64,000 bases of DNA, taken from Bacteroidota bacterium. GTDB lineage: Bacteria; Bacteroidota; Bacteroidia; Chitinophagales; JADIYW01. The translations under genes were made by a program, and so were the position numbers. Below are positions 50,541 to 60,515 of this stretch, one piece after another (positions within the stretch are counted from its first letter, which is position 1; every line of letters begins with the position of its first letter). The notes under the pieces are model-generated. The model was given only the letters and a program-made list of their open reading frames with translations. It did no database searches and had not been told where the DNA came from. Location of the stretch: the NCBI GenBank assembly GCA_963169645.1, contig CAUJCO010000013.1, positions 198,142 to 262,141 of the forward strand, written 5' to 3'.

Positions 50541-52646
50541 TTAATCAGCTTTTACTTTAGATTTTACTTTTGCGATTACTTGTTCTGTAATGTTATTTGG
50601 TGTTGGTGCATAGTGTGAGAACTCCATGATAGAGGTTGCTCTACCAGATGTAATTGTTCTCAAATCGGTTACATATCCAAACATTTCAGACAATGGAACT
50701 TTAGCTTTGATTACATTCGCATTGTTTTTCATTTCCATACCTTCCATCATACCTCTTCTTCTATTCAAGTCACCAACAACATCCCCTGTATTTTCATCCG
50801 GTGTAATAACTTCCAATTTCATGATAGGCTCTAACAAGATTGGATTCGCTTTTCTACATGCTTCACGGAATGCAAACTTAGCTGCCTGCTCAAACGAGAA
50901 AGAGTCTGAATCCACTTGGTGGTAAGAACCATCAAATAAACGAACTTTTAAACTTGGAACTTCGTAACCAGCTAATACACCCGTTTTCATTGCCTCTTTA
51001 AAACCTTTCTCTACGGATGGTATAAACTCTTTTGGTATTGCACCACCAAAGATATCATTCACAAATGTCAATCCTTCTTTACCTTCTTCGCCAGGACCAA
51101 TCTCGATTTGGATATCTGCAAACTTACCACGACCACCAGATTGTTTTGCATATTTTTCTCTATGCTCGATCGTTTGAGTGATCGTTTCTTTATAGTTAAC
51201 TTGAGGTGCACCTTGGTTACACTCTACTTTAAACTCACGTAATAAACGGTCAACGATAATTTCTAAGTGCAACTCACCCATACCGGAGATTACTGTTTGT
51301 GCTGTATCTTCATCATAACGCACTTTAAATGTTGGATCTTCTTCTGCTAATTTAGCTAAAGCCATACCTAATTTATCAGCATCTTTTTGTGTTTTAGGTT
51401 CGATAGCCAAACCGATTACTGGGTCTGGGAATACCATTGATTCTAAAACGATTGGGCTACCTTCTGCACAAAGTGTATCACCCGTTCTGATATCTTTAAA
51501 TCCTACTACTGCTCCAATATCACCAGCACCTAATTTTTCAATTGGATTTTGTTTATTTGCGTGCATTTGGAAGATACGAGAAATACGCTCTTTGTTACCA
51601 CTTCTTGTATTGATTACATAAGAACCTGCATCTAATACTCCAGAGTAAGCGCGTGTAAACGCTAAGCGACCAACATAAGGGTCTGTAGCAATTTTAAATG
51701 CCAAACCTGCAAATGGTTCATCGTAGCTTGGTTTACGAGAAATCTCTTCACCTGTGTCCGGATGTGTACCTTTAATATTTGGTCTATCTAATGGTGATGG
51801 CATTAATTCCATAACCAAATCCAACATTGTTTGAACACCTTTATCTTTAAAAGATGAACCACATACCATTGGAACAATTTTCATATCTAAGCAAGCTGCA
51901 CGTAATGCATCTAAAATTTCTCTTTCTGTGATAGTAGATGGATCGTCAAAGAATTTCTCCATCAATCGCTCATCATACTCAGAAACTGCTTCTAATAATT
52001 TCTCTCTCCACTCCGTAGCTTCTTGAACCATATCCGCCGGAATATCAATCACTTCATAAGTCATTCCTCTATCATGTGTATTCCAAACGATACCACGGAA
52101 ATTAATCAAGTCAACCACTCCTTTGAAAGTATCTTCAGCACCGATAGGTAATTGCAAAGGAACGGCATTAGAACCTAACATCTTTTTCACTTGTTCTACA
52201 ACTGCTAAGAAATCAGCACCGGAACGGTCCATTTTATTTACAAATCCGATACGAGCAACATTATAGTTATTTGCTAAGCGCCAGTTTGTTTCAGATTGTG
52301 GTTCAACACCATCAACAGCTGAGAATAAAAACACTAATCCATCCAAAATACGCAATGAACGATTTACCTCAACGGTAAAGTCAACGTGTCCCGGTGTATC
52401 AATAATATTTACATGATAATCTTGACCTCTGTATTTCCAACCTACGGTTGTTGCTGCAGATGTAATTGTAATACCACGCTCTGCTTCTTGCACCATCCAG
52501 TCCATTGTTGATGCTCCATCATGCACCTCACCAATTTTATGATTAACTCCTGAATAAAACAAGATACGTTCTGTAGTCGTTGTTTTACCCGCATCTATGT
52601 GAGCTGCAATACCAATGTTTCTTGTATATCTTAAATCGCGTGCCAT
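50541..52646 (-). CDS. fusA: Translation elongation factor G
   Basis: [29 protein letters not shown] and NKMDR GTPase motifs; 701 aa. Confidence 0.97.
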   Translation of the reverse strand: MARDLRYTRNIGIAAHIDAGKTTTTERILFYSGVNHKIGEVHDGASTMDWMVQEAERGITITSAATTVGWKYRGQDYHVNIIDTPGHVDFTVEVNRSLRILDGLVFLFSAVDGVEPQSETNWRLANNYNVARIGFVNKMDRSGADFLAVVEQVKKMLGSNAVPLQLPIGAEDTFKGVVDLINFRGIVWNTHDRGMTYEVIDIPADMVQEATEWREKLLEAVSEYDERLMEKFFDDPSTITEREILDALRAACLDMKIVPMVCGSSFKDKGVQTMLDLVMELMPSPLDRPNIKGTHPDTGEEISRKPSYDEPFAGLAFKIATDPYVGRLAFTRAYSGVLDAGSYVINTRSGNKERISRIFQMHANKQNPIEKLGAGDIGAVVGFKDIRTGDTLCAEGSPIVLESMVFPDPVIGLAIEPKTQKDADKLGMALAKLAEEDPTFKVRYDEDTAQTVISGMGELHLEIIVDRLLREFKVECNQGAPQVNYKETITQTIEHREKYAKQSGGRGKFADIQIEIGPGEEGKEGLTFVNDIFGGAIPKEFIPSVEKGFKEAMKTGVLAGYEVPSLKVRLFDGSYHQVDSDSFSFEQAAKFAFREACRKANPILLEPIMKLEVITPDENTGDVVGDLNRRRGMMEGMEMKNNANVIKAKVPLSEMFGYVTDLRTITSGRATSIMEFSHYAPTPNNITEQVIAKVKSKVKAD

Positions 52647-52691
52647 TTTATTTTTCTATTTGTGGATGCAATAGACATCCTTACTTTTATA

Positions 52692-53159
52692 TTATGCTTT
52701 AAAATGTGAGAATGCTTTATTCGCTTCAGCCATTTTATGTGTATCTTCTTTTCTTTTCACTGCTGCTCCTTCTCCTTTAGAAGCTGCAATTAGCTCTGCA
52801 GCTAATTTATCACCCATAGATCTACCGTTTCTTTTTCTAGAAAACTGAATCAACCAACGAATCGTCATGAACAATTTTCTATCTTCACGAATTGGTGTTG
52901 GAATTTGAAAAGTAGCACCACCAATTCTACGGCTTTTCACCTCTACTGCCGGCATTGCATTATCCATTGCTTTTTTCCAAATCTCGTACCCTTCTTCATT
53001 AGTAGATTTTTTAATACGCTCCATTGCTTCGTAGAACGAAGTATAGGCTGTACTCTTTTTACCACCAATCATTAAATTATTTACAAAGCGAGTTACCAAA
53101 GGATCGCCATAAACCGGATCCGGTGCTAAATATCTTTTCTTTGCTTTTTGCTTTCTCAT
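52692..53159 (-). CDS. rpsG: 30S ribosomal protein S7
   Basis: MRKQKAKKR...DP.YGD.LVTRFVN.LM..GKKS.A... Confidence 0.96.
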   Translation of the reverse strand: MRKQKAKKRYLAPDPVYGDPLVTRFVNNLMIGGKKSTAYTSFYEAMERIKKSTNEEGYEIWKKAMDNAMPAVEVKSRRIGGATFQIPTPIREDRKLFMTIRWLIQFSRKRNGRSMGDKLAAELIAASKGEGAAVKRKEDTHKMAEANKAFSHFKA

Positions 53160-53198
53160 TTTCTTTTATTTTATACGAATACGCTGTATTCCTATTGA

Positions 53199-53603
53199 TT
53201 ATTTTTTACCTTTTGTTGGTGCCGCTGCGCCAGCTTTACCTTTTTTAGTTCCGTATTTAGAACGGCTTTTTTGACGATTGTTTACACCGGCTGTATCTAA
53301 AGCACCACGAACGATATGATAACGTACACCCGGTAAATCTTTAACACGACCTCCACGAATCATTACGATTGAGTGCTCTTGTAAATTATGTCCTTCACCC
53401 GGAATGTAAGCGATAACTTCAAATTTATTCGTCAAACGCACTTTAGCTACTTTACGTAATGCTGAATTTGGTTTTTTAGGTGTCGTTGTATAAACACGTG
53501 TACATACACCACGACGTTGTGGGCAAGCATCTAACGCTCTTGATTTAGAAGCATACTGAAGTTGCTCTCTTCCTTTTCTTACTAATTGTTGAATTGTAGG
53601 CAT
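53199..53603 (-). CDS. rpsL: 30S ribosomal protein S12
   Basis: [12 protein letters not shown]..., ...[52 protein letters not shown]. Confidence 0.97.
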   Translation of the reverse strand: MPTIQQLVRKGREQLQYASKSRALDACPQRRGVCTRVYTTTPKKPNSALRKVAKVRLTNKFEVIAYIPGEGHNLQEHSIVMIRGGRVKDLPGVRYHIVRGALDTAGVNNRQKSRSKYGTKKGKAGAAAPTKGKK

Positions 53604-53631
53604 TCGTTACTCTTTAAAAAATTTCGGACTG

Positions 53632-53639
53632 CAAAGGTA
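53632..53639 (-). promoter_or_regulatory. -7 promoter box TACCTTTG for rpsL and the ribosomal supercluster
   Basis: rc of caaaggta is an exact TAnnTTTG match, 28 nt upstream of the rpsL ATG. A TTTG -33-like element lies ~21 nt further upstream. Confidence 0.6.
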
Positions 53640-53661
53640 GGGATTTGAGTGAAGAATACCA

Positions 53662-53694
53662 AACATAACTGTAAAGAAGAAGTTATGTTTTTTG
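53662..53694. terminator. Hairpin flanked by T/A runs, just upstream of the rpsL promoter
   Basis: AACATAACT-(10 nt)-AGTTATGTT is a 9-bp stem. A T-run follows on the plus strand, and an A6 run precedes it on the minus strand. It probably insulates the rpsL promoter from upstream minus-strand transcription. Confidence 0.5.
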
Positions 53695-53922
53695 TAGTCT
53701 TACCTTCCCTCCGAAGGCAGTTACTACAAGAAGAATCCACCAAAATAATGGATTTTCCTCCTGAAGTGGGTGCAAAGATACAAACTAATTCCCAAATGTG
53801 GAAAATTTTGTTATATTAATTTCGAGTTAAGAATGATTTTTAACGTACTAAAAAATTGGCACTACAATTTTATTTTTCAATCGGCTTCATAACTTTATGT
53901 AAATCAACTATATACAATTCAC

Positions 53923-54963
53923 CTAATCTTTGTCTAAAAACCTCAGATTCCATAATTTTTCTGCACGGCTGCCGATAAACCAAAATATAAAAGCTAAAAT
54001 CATAAAAAACACAGATTTATGTAATGGCTCCCAGAAATATTCGAAATATCGTGTAATTAAATTAACTATAAAGAAGATTAACGAAATATTACCTAAAATA
54101 AAATCATTTCGTTTTAAACCAACATACATACCCATTGCAGCTATCATAAATAAAGCAATTGCCCAAACTACAAAATGAATTTGTCCTACTTGCTGCCAAT
54201 TTTCATATTTTGTAAAATTGCCGAAGATAGACAACAACCAAATGGCTGTAAAAAAAACCAGCAGACTACATATATAATGTATCTTTTCGAATTGGAGGCA
54301 TTTTTCGTTTTGTTTTACAAAATATAAAGCACTAAAGAGCAAAATACTAAATGGTATATACCGCAAAATTATATTCATTCCTAAAAAAAATTGCTCTTTT
54401 GTTTCTATAGATAATGTAAATGAGCCATAAGCCAATCCAAACATGAGAAGACTCAGCGCCCAAAGTGTATTGGATTGAAAATAAACGGATACTATTATAT
54501 ATAATATAGCTGCTATTAAAAATATGAAATAGTACTCGTTTTGGAACACTTGGAAACTTTTTGCCCAAAAAGAAACACATGCCAATGATAAAAAAGCGCC
54601 TAATAGCAAAAAGCTTGTGTTGCCGATTGGTGCATGGATATATTTTTTATATCGGTTTTTGGTGTACCAAAACGTAAAAAATGTACTAATACTTAAAATA
54701 ATACTAAATACAATATCCGTAAGTTGTGTATAACGTTCTATAAATTCTCGGAGTAAATCATCTGCTAACAATACAATGATAGACAAAATAGCACACGAAA
54801 CCGCAATAATAAAAGCATACACAGCGACCTGTTTCCAATCTAATTTATGTACTTCTATTTGCTTATCCATTTGGGAAGCCTGCTCGTCCGAAATTATATG
54901 TTGTTGCTTCCATTCAGCAATAGCCTTTTTTAGCAAATTTGCATCTTTCTCTTTCAATAGCAT
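53923..54963 (-). CDS. DUF2157-like polytopic membrane protein
   Basis: Soluble N-terminus (…LLKKAIAEWKQQHIISDEQASQM…) followed by ~9-10 TM segments, the architecture I associate with DUF2157. Assignment is from memory. Confidence 0.55.
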   Translation of the reverse strand: MLLKEKDANLLKKAIAEWKQQHIISDEQASQMDKQIEVHKLDWKQVAVYAFIIAVSCAILSIIVLLADDLLREFIERYTQLTDIVFSIILSISTFFTFWYTKNRYKKYIHAPIGNTSFLLLGAFLSLACVSFWAKSFQVFQNEYYFIFLIAAILYIIVSVYFQSNTLWALSLLMFGLAYGSFTLSIETKEQFFLGMNIILRYIPFSILLFSALYFVKQNEKCLQFEKIHYICSLLVFFTAIWLLSIFGNFTKYENWQQVGQIHFVVWAIALFMIAAMGMYVGLKRNDFILGNISLIFFIVNLITRYFEYFWEPLHKSVFFMILAFIFWFIGSRAEKLWNLRFLDKD

Positions 54964-55116
54964 GCTATTAATTTTTTATTAAAGTTAAATGTATAAATAA
55001 ATTGGAGATAATATTATAAATACAACCTTTTACAAACATACCTATTTTTATGGCAAACGATTTGTTATGAATACTTTAAAGAAATAAATAAATAAACATT
55101 GCGCTAAACTAATTTC

Positions 55117-55124
55117 TAACTTTG
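55117..55124 (+). promoter_or_regulatory. -7 promoter box TAACTTTG
   Basis: Exact TAnnTTTG match ending 1 nt before the ORF-track ATG (55126) and 19 nt before the GTG at 55144. Confidence 0.5.
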
Positions 55125-55143
55125 TATGTTATTAGATGATTGT

Positions 55144-57849
55144 GTGAAAAAAACAGGACTCTACATATTTTTATCATTCCTCTTTCTTGCTTCTTTTGGG
55201 CAAATTACGCTCAAGGGTGTAGTTATTGATGCTAAAACCAAAGAAGCTTTACCATTTGTCAACTATTATATTGGCTTGACAGAAGGCGGCACCACGGACG
55301 ATAGCGGTCGATTTGAATTTAATGTAAGTGCCAAAACCGATTCTATTGTTTTCACTTATTTAGGTTATAAAGATGAAGTGCTCAAAAAACGATTCTTTAA
55401 AAAAGATTCCATTATAGTAAAATTGCACTTGGACAATTTTATGTTAGAGGAATTTACGGTAAAGGCAAGACGCAAAAAAATTCCTAAAGATACTGTTGCC
55501 ATTCGATTATATAGAAATGTAGTGAGCCATAAAGATGAAAACAAGCCGAAGTCGTATGATTCCTATCAATTTGAAGAATACCAAAAGACGGTTGCTTCAC
55601 TATATAACATCAGCTCCAAGATTACGACAAAGAAAATTTTTAAACCCTTCAAGTTTATTTTAGAAAACCAAGATAGCACGGCAGAAGGCAATAAGTTTAT
55701 TCCATTAATTTTAAAAGAAACTTTATCTGATCAATATTTTAATAAAGACCCCAAAAAAAACAAAACAGTTGTAAAAGCCAGTAAAATTTCCGGTATTGAG
55801 CAATTGCGATTTTCCGAATTATTAGATTATGCTTTTGATGAAATTGATGCATACGACAACCAAGCTATGGTGCAGGAAAAAGCGTTTGTAATGCCATTTG
55901 CCAATGGTGCCATTGCTCTTTACAATTACTATTTAATAGATAGTGTAAAGATAATGGATGCATCCAAGCCGATAGACAGCAGCAAATTTATACACAATAG
56001 AAAAGTAGCCTACACACAAAGAACAACTTATGATACGACCATTACCACTGTAATGAATGATAGTATTTTGCAAGATAGCTCCATCCACATTAGTTTGTTG
56101 CCGGATTCCATACTATATAAAACAATTACTTCAATAGATAGTGCTCTCGTAACAGACAGCATTGTTACTTTTGACACCATCGTAGTTCGTGATAGTATTT
56201 GGATTTATAATCTTGCATTTGTGCCCAAAGCTAAAGGCGATTACTTATTTAAAGGAAAAGCTGCTATCCAAGATTCAACCTTTGCCATTACGGATATCGA
56301 ATTGGGTATAGACAGTCGCTCCAATATCAATTTCATCAGCGATTTTTCCTTAAAGCAAAGCTTTGAACACACGGATAAAGGTTGGTTTAAAAGTAAAGAA
56401 TCTAGAAATACCAATATCGCCATTACGAAGCGAAAAAAATCTAAAAGTGTCCGAATAGCCCGATATTTAAGTAGAGACAGTATCAAAATTAATGAACCAA
56501 TTGCAGATACCATTTTAAAACAAGAAAACACTGTATTTGTAAAAAATTACCGCAAGCTACCAGATTCATTTTGGGTAGCACGTCGCCACGATACGTTAAA
56601 CACACCGGAAAGTAAAGTGTATTTCTTGATAGACTCACTGAAAAGAACACGTTTTTACAAAGCAATGAATGGCATTGGAAGTTTTTTTGTAAGTGGCTAT
56701 TACAAAACCAAAACTTTGGAATACGGCAACCTTTATCAAATGGTTACATGGAATGAATTGGAAGGAGTTCGTCTTCGTCTTAATTTACGCAATAATTGGC
56801 GAATTGGGAAATGGGTTAATTGGAGTGTGTATGGTGCATATGGAATTAAAGATAAAAAATTCAAATACGGTGCAAAAATTAGTGCCAATTTACCGGATAA
56901 AAAACAAAAGAAACACAGCATTACCGTTTCTTTCAGAGATGACTATCAGCGTTTCACTTTAAGTAAAGATGGATTAGGATATGATTTCATTTACAAATCC
57001 ATCACACGAAAAGATGCTATTTCAGATTTAGTGTATTTAAAAGATGCGATGCTCACTTATTCCAGAGAATGGATTCCAAACTTAACAACCAATCTAAATT
57101 TCAACTATAAAATATACCAAACTGTTCCGGGCAGCATTACGTTTACCAAATCCAATGGTGTTCCATTTACGCCGGATACAATTAGCAATTTCAGAATATT
57201 TTCGCCAAGTATCAATGTTGTATATACGCCGGGTGCTAAGTTTTTACAAGGTAGCGAACGCAATCGATTCCTAAAAGGAAAATTACCAAGGTTTAATTTC
57301 ACCTATACCTTTAGTGAACGCAAGCTCGGAAGTGATTTTAATTTCCATAAAATAGAATTAATAATTGATGAACGATTGCCATCACCCATTGGACACACTA
57401 TTTTCAAATTAATAGGTACCAAATTATTTGGCGAAGCACCTTATCCTTTATTGCATATTCATCCTGGAAACCAATCATTCTTATACGATGAAGAGCGCTT
57501 CACTAATATGAAAGAAACCGAGTTTATTGCAGACCAACAATTGACTTTCTTTTTGGAACATCATTTTGATGGATTTTTCTTCAATAAAATTCCGGGTTGG
57601 CGACGGTTAGGATTGCGAGAAGTATTCACCACCAAAATGGCCGTTTCCAGCCTAAACCCAAAAAATGTAACCTTCTCGGATTTACCAACCAATATGAAAG
57701 GACTTAACGGTTTTTATGCCGAAGTTGGATTTGGTATTGAAAACATCCTCAAATTAATTCGTGTAGATTTTAGTTGGCGGTTAACACAATTAAATCAACC
57801 GAACATACATAAGTTCCGTTGGGCTATCAGTTTCTCGCCAAGTTTCTAA
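55144..57849 (+). CDS. CarboxypepD_reg-like plus DUF5686-like outer-membrane protein
   Basis: From the GTG at 55144: (M)KKTGLYIFLSFLFLASFGQ signal peptide. Then ITLKGVVIDAKTKEALPFVNYYIGLTEGGTTDDSGRFEF, a carboxypeptidase-regulatory-like fold. The large C-terminal beta-rich region ends in an aromatic residue (…ISFSPSF). The DUF5686 call is from memory. Confidence 0.65.
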   Translation: MKKTGLYIFLSFLFLASFGQITLKGVVIDAKTKEALPFVNYYIGLTEGGTTDDSGRFEFNVSAKTDSIVFTYLGYKDEVLKKRFFKKDSIIVKLHLDNFMLEEFTVKARRKKIPKDTVAIRLYRNVVSHKDENKPKSYDSYQFEEYQKTVASLYNISSKITTKKIFKPFKFILENQDSTAEGNKFIPLILKETLSDQYFNKDPKKNKTVVKASKISGIEQLRFSELLDYAFDEIDAYDNQAMVQEKAFVMPFANGAIALYNYYLIDSVKIMDASKPIDSSKFIHNRKVAYTQRTTYDTTITTVMNDSILQDSSIHISLLPDSILYKTITSIDSALVTDSIVTFDTIVVRDSIWIYNLAFVPKAKGDYLFKGKAAIQDSTFAITDIELGIDSRSNINFISDFSLKQSFEHTDKGWFKSKESRNTNIAITKRKKSKSVRIARYLSRDSIKINEPIADTILKQENTVFVKNYRKLPDSFWVARRHDTLNTPESKVYFLIDSLKRTRFYKAMNGIGSFFVSGYYKTKTLEYGNLYQMVTWNELEGVRLRLNLRNNWRIGKWVNWSVYGAYGIKDKKFKYGAKISANLPDKKQKKHSITVSFRDDYQRFTLSKDGLGYDFIYKSITRKDAISDLVYLKDAMLTYSREWIPNLTTNLNFNYKIYQTVPGSITFTKSNGVPFTPDTISNFRIFSPSINVVYTPGAKFLQGSERNRFLKGKLPRFNFTYTFSERKLGSDFNFHKIELIIDERLPSPIGHTIFKLIGTKLFGEAPYPLLHIHPGNQSFLYDEERFTNMKETEFIADQQLTFFLEHHFDGFFFNKIPGWRRLGLREVFTTKMAVSSLNPKNVTFSDLPTNMKGLNGFYAEVGFGIENILKLIRVDFSWRLTQLNQPNIHKFRWAISFSPSF

Positions 57850-57890
57850 TAACTTAAAACGGATTACTTAGAAGTTTGCAAAACTTAAAG

Positions 57891-57898
57891 TATTTTTG
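57891..57898 (+). promoter_or_regulatory. -7 promoter box TATTTTTG
   Basis: Exact TAnnTTTG match. The ORF-track TTG start (57896) lies inside the box; the first ATG (57917) is 18 nt downstream. Confidence 0.5.
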
Positions 57899-57916
57899 CC
57901 CTTCAATTACACAATT

Positions 57917-58573
57917 ATGGATTTTGGAAAATTATACGTTAAATATCGTTTTTACGCAGCAATTGCATTTTTAATTCTTGGAATTCTGTTGCATATCTTT
58001 GTACACAAAGGTTGGCAATGGTCAATCTTCATCTATATCATCAGTATTTCTTTTATTTTGTTTGATATTCTAATCGGTCCTATGCGTTATTTGCAAAAAA
58101 AGGTAGAAGCCGGAGATATTGAAGGTGCGAAAGAAGTAATGAGCTGGATAAAATTCCCGAATTTATTAATAAAACCGGTGCGTCAAGGATACTATATGTT
58201 GCAATCTAATTTTGATATGGCAAACCAAGATTTAGATGCAGCAGAAGCCAATATCCGTAAAAGTTTAGCTAATAAAAGCGATATGATGGGAACATCGCAA
58301 GAAGGTGTATCGTATTTGCAATTAGGCGGTATTGCGTTGCAAAAAGGCGACTCAAAAGAAGCATTGAAAAATTTGAAATTAGCCGTGCAAAAAGGCTTAC
58401 CGGACGACGATAATTTAGCTACCGCTTATTTGCAAATCTGTTCTATCTATGCACAACGCAGAGAAATAAAAGTAGCCAAAGAATACTTACGCAGAGCCAA
58501 CAGCTTAAAGGTAAAAAGTGAAGAAATAAAAAAACACTTAAAAGACATTAACAAACAAATGGCGAGAGCTTAG
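57917..58573 (+). CDS. Hypothetical membrane-anchored TPR-like protein
   Basis: Two N-terminal TM segments (AAIAFLILGILLHIF, IFIYIISISFILFDILI), then helical repeats (…EGVSYLQLGGIALQKGDSKEALKNLKLAVQKG…). Confidence 0.6.
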   Translation: MDFGKLYVKYRFYAAIAFLILGILLHIFVHKGWQWSIFIYIISISFILFDILIGPMRYLQKKVEAGDIEGAKEVMSWIKFPNLLIKPVRQGYYMLQSNFDMANQDLDAAEANIRKSLANKSDMMGTSQEGVSYLQLGGIALQKGDSKEALKNLKLAVQKGLPDDDNLATAYLQICSIYAQRREIKVAKEYLRRANSLKVKSEEIKKHLKDINKQMARA

Positions 58574-58607
58574 TTATTTGAAAATAATATCATTGCACTT
58601 AAACGAT

Positions 58608-59025
58608 ATTATCTACTTTTTACTAAAACCAAAATTGTTGACAGTACATGCTATAGATTTTTTGGTTTGTGTGGACACAAACCACGGCTGAAGACACAAA
58701 CCACAGCTAAAAACCAAGATTCTTGACCGTACAAACCATATATTTCTTGGTTTGTGTGGACACAAACTAAGGCTTAAGTCCTTAAACGATATTATCTACT
58801 TTTTACTAAAACCAAAATTCTTGACAGTACATGCTATAGAATTTTTGGTTTGTGTGGACACAAACCAAGGCTGAAACGAAGAGTGGTAATTCTTAAAGGT
58901 AATGTGGTCAAAATTGGTACACATGTTTTGGTTTGTGTCCACACAAACCACTGTTAAAGGACACAAACCATATATTTTTTGGTTTGTGTGGACACAAACC
59001 ACGGCTGAAGCAAACCACGGCTAAG
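58608..59025. repeat. Cluster of a second REP-like hairpin family (GGTTTGTG-TGGA-CACAAACC-ACGGCTGAAG) plus an ~86-bp direct repeat
   Basis: Full hairpins at 58664-58683, 58749-58767, 58847-58866, 58930-58949 (loop inverted) and 58981-59000. Half-sites ACACAAACC at 58694 and 58961. Direct repeat 58608-58685 versus 58781-58868 (173-bp offset, 3 mismatches including one indel). Confidence 0.8.
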
Positions 59026-59161
59026 TGGGTTCAAACAAGTTCACAAGAAATGCTGCTTAGCAAGAAAAGCAACAAAAATGAATGGATAGCTGCTATCCAA
59101 CGAATATTTTATACCTTTGATATACCAAATAATCTATTCATCCATTTATTAGATTACTAAA

Positions 59162-60454
59162 ATGAAATACACCTCTATTAATGCGCAATTATTTATAGAT
59201 AATCGCAAGAAATTTATAGCAGAATTGCCTGCCAACTCTATGGCTATTTTATTAGCCAACGACGAAATGCCGCGCAGTGCCGATCAGAATTTTGTTTTTC
59301 GTCAAAATCCGGATTTGTTTTGGCTTTCCGGAATTGACCAAGAAAAAACAATTTTAATCCTTTATCCGGATTGCCCAAATCCAATATATAGAGAAGCGTT
59401 GTTTCTTCGCAAAACCAACGAAGTAATAGCAGTTTGGGAAGGTCATAAATACACCATACAAGAGGCTCGTGAAGCGTCCGGTATTGAGCAAATATTTTGG
59501 GAAGAAAGTTTTGAGAGTGCACTCAAAGCACTAATGACGTATTGCGATAATGTGTATATCAACATCAATGAAAACGACCGAAGTGATAATGCTGTTCCAT
59601 ATAAAGACATTCGTTTTGCCAATGAATTAAAATACAATTATCCGGCACACCAAATCAAACGATTAGGACCGATTATGGCAAAATTGCGAAGCATTAAACA
59701 TCCGGTAGAAGTGGACTTAATGAAGCAAGCTTGTGCTATTACACGCGATGCCTTTAAACGTGTATTGCGATTTATGCAACCGGGTGTAATGGAATACGAA
59801 GTGGAAGCCGAAATTATTCATGAATTTATTCGCCAACGAGCTACAGGACATGCGTACACTCCAATTATTGCAAGTGGTGCCAATGCTTGTGTGTTACACT
59901 ATATCGAAAACAATAAAGCATGTAATGAAGGCGATTTAGTGTTGATGGATTTTGGTGCAGAATACGCCAATTACGCCGCAGATTTAACCAGAACTATTCC
60001 GGCTAATGGTAAATTTACACAGCGACAAAAAGACGTGTACAATGCCGTGCTACGTGTGATGAAACAAGCTAAGACAATGCTAAAACCAGGCACTATTTTG
60101 GCAGATTATAATAAAGAAGTCGGAAAAATAATGGAAAGCGAATTGATTGGGTTAGGTTTATTAGATAAAGCAGCGGTTGCCAAACAAGATCCGGAAAATC
60201 CATTATATAAAAAATATTTCATGCATGGTACTTCTCATTTTTTAGGAATAGATGTGCACGATATTGGCAATAGATACGCACCCATGCAAGTAGGCAATGT
60301 TTTCACGTGCGAACCGGGCATTTATATTCCGCAAGAAAAATTAGGTATTCGTATAGAAAACGACATTTTAATTACTGAAAATGGCATTATAGATTTGATG
60401 GAAGATATTCCGTTGGAAGCGGATGAAATAGAAACACTCATGCATGAAAAATAA
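59162..60454 (+). CDS. pepP: Xaa-Pro aminopeptidase (M24B, aminopeptidase P family)
   Basis: Creatinase-like N-domain plus pita-bread fold with ...LVLMDFGAEY..YAADLTRT..., ...HGTSHFLGIDVHD..., ...CEPGIY..., ...IRIEND... Confidence 0.88.
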   Translation: MKYTSINAQLFIDNRKKFIAELPANSMAILLANDEMPRSADQNFVFRQNPDLFWLSGIDQEKTILILYPDCPNPIYREALFLRKTNEVIAVWEGHKYTIQEAREASGIEQIFWEESFESALKALMTYCDNVYININENDRSDNAVPYKDIRFANELKYNYPAHQIKRLGPIMAKLRSIKHPVEVDLMKQACAITRDAFKRVLRFMQPGVMEYEVEAEIIHEFIRQRATGHAYTPIIASGANACVLHYIENNKACNEGDLVLMDFGAEYANYAADLTRTIPANGKFTQRQKDVYNAVLRVMKQAKTMLKPGTILADYNKEVGKIMESELIGLGLLDKAAVAKQDPENPLYKKYFMHGTSHFLGIDVHDIGNRYAPMQVGNVFTCEPGIYIPQEKLGIRIENDILITENGIIDLMEDIPLEADEIETLMHEK

Positions 60455-60515
60455 GCTGGTTTCCTTTCATAAAAGGAATGGTATTTTCATACTATTTTAA
60501 TGAAAACTATTTGGC

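Noticed and set aside
35284-53603. tuf is missing after fusA and adk is missing between secY and map, which might suggest gene loss from the ribosomal supercluster.
   Set aside because: Both absences are typical of Bacteroidota operon organisation. All expected S10, spc and alpha genes are present once rpmJ and rpmD are hand-annotated.
53700-53770. AGGAGG followed by a ~57-codon TTG/GTG-initiated ORF running into the rpsL start region.
   Set aside because: There is no ATG. The product is compositionally odd, it overlaps the rpsL promoter and start in another frame, and it falls below any reasonable evidence threshold. It is kept only as part of the sRNA/leader hypothesis.
58637-58660. TTGACA ... 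TATAGA inside the 86-bp direct repeat as a sigma-70 type promoter.
   Set aside because: The spacer is only ~8 nt. In addition, this genome's recognisable promoters are of the TAnnTTTG type.
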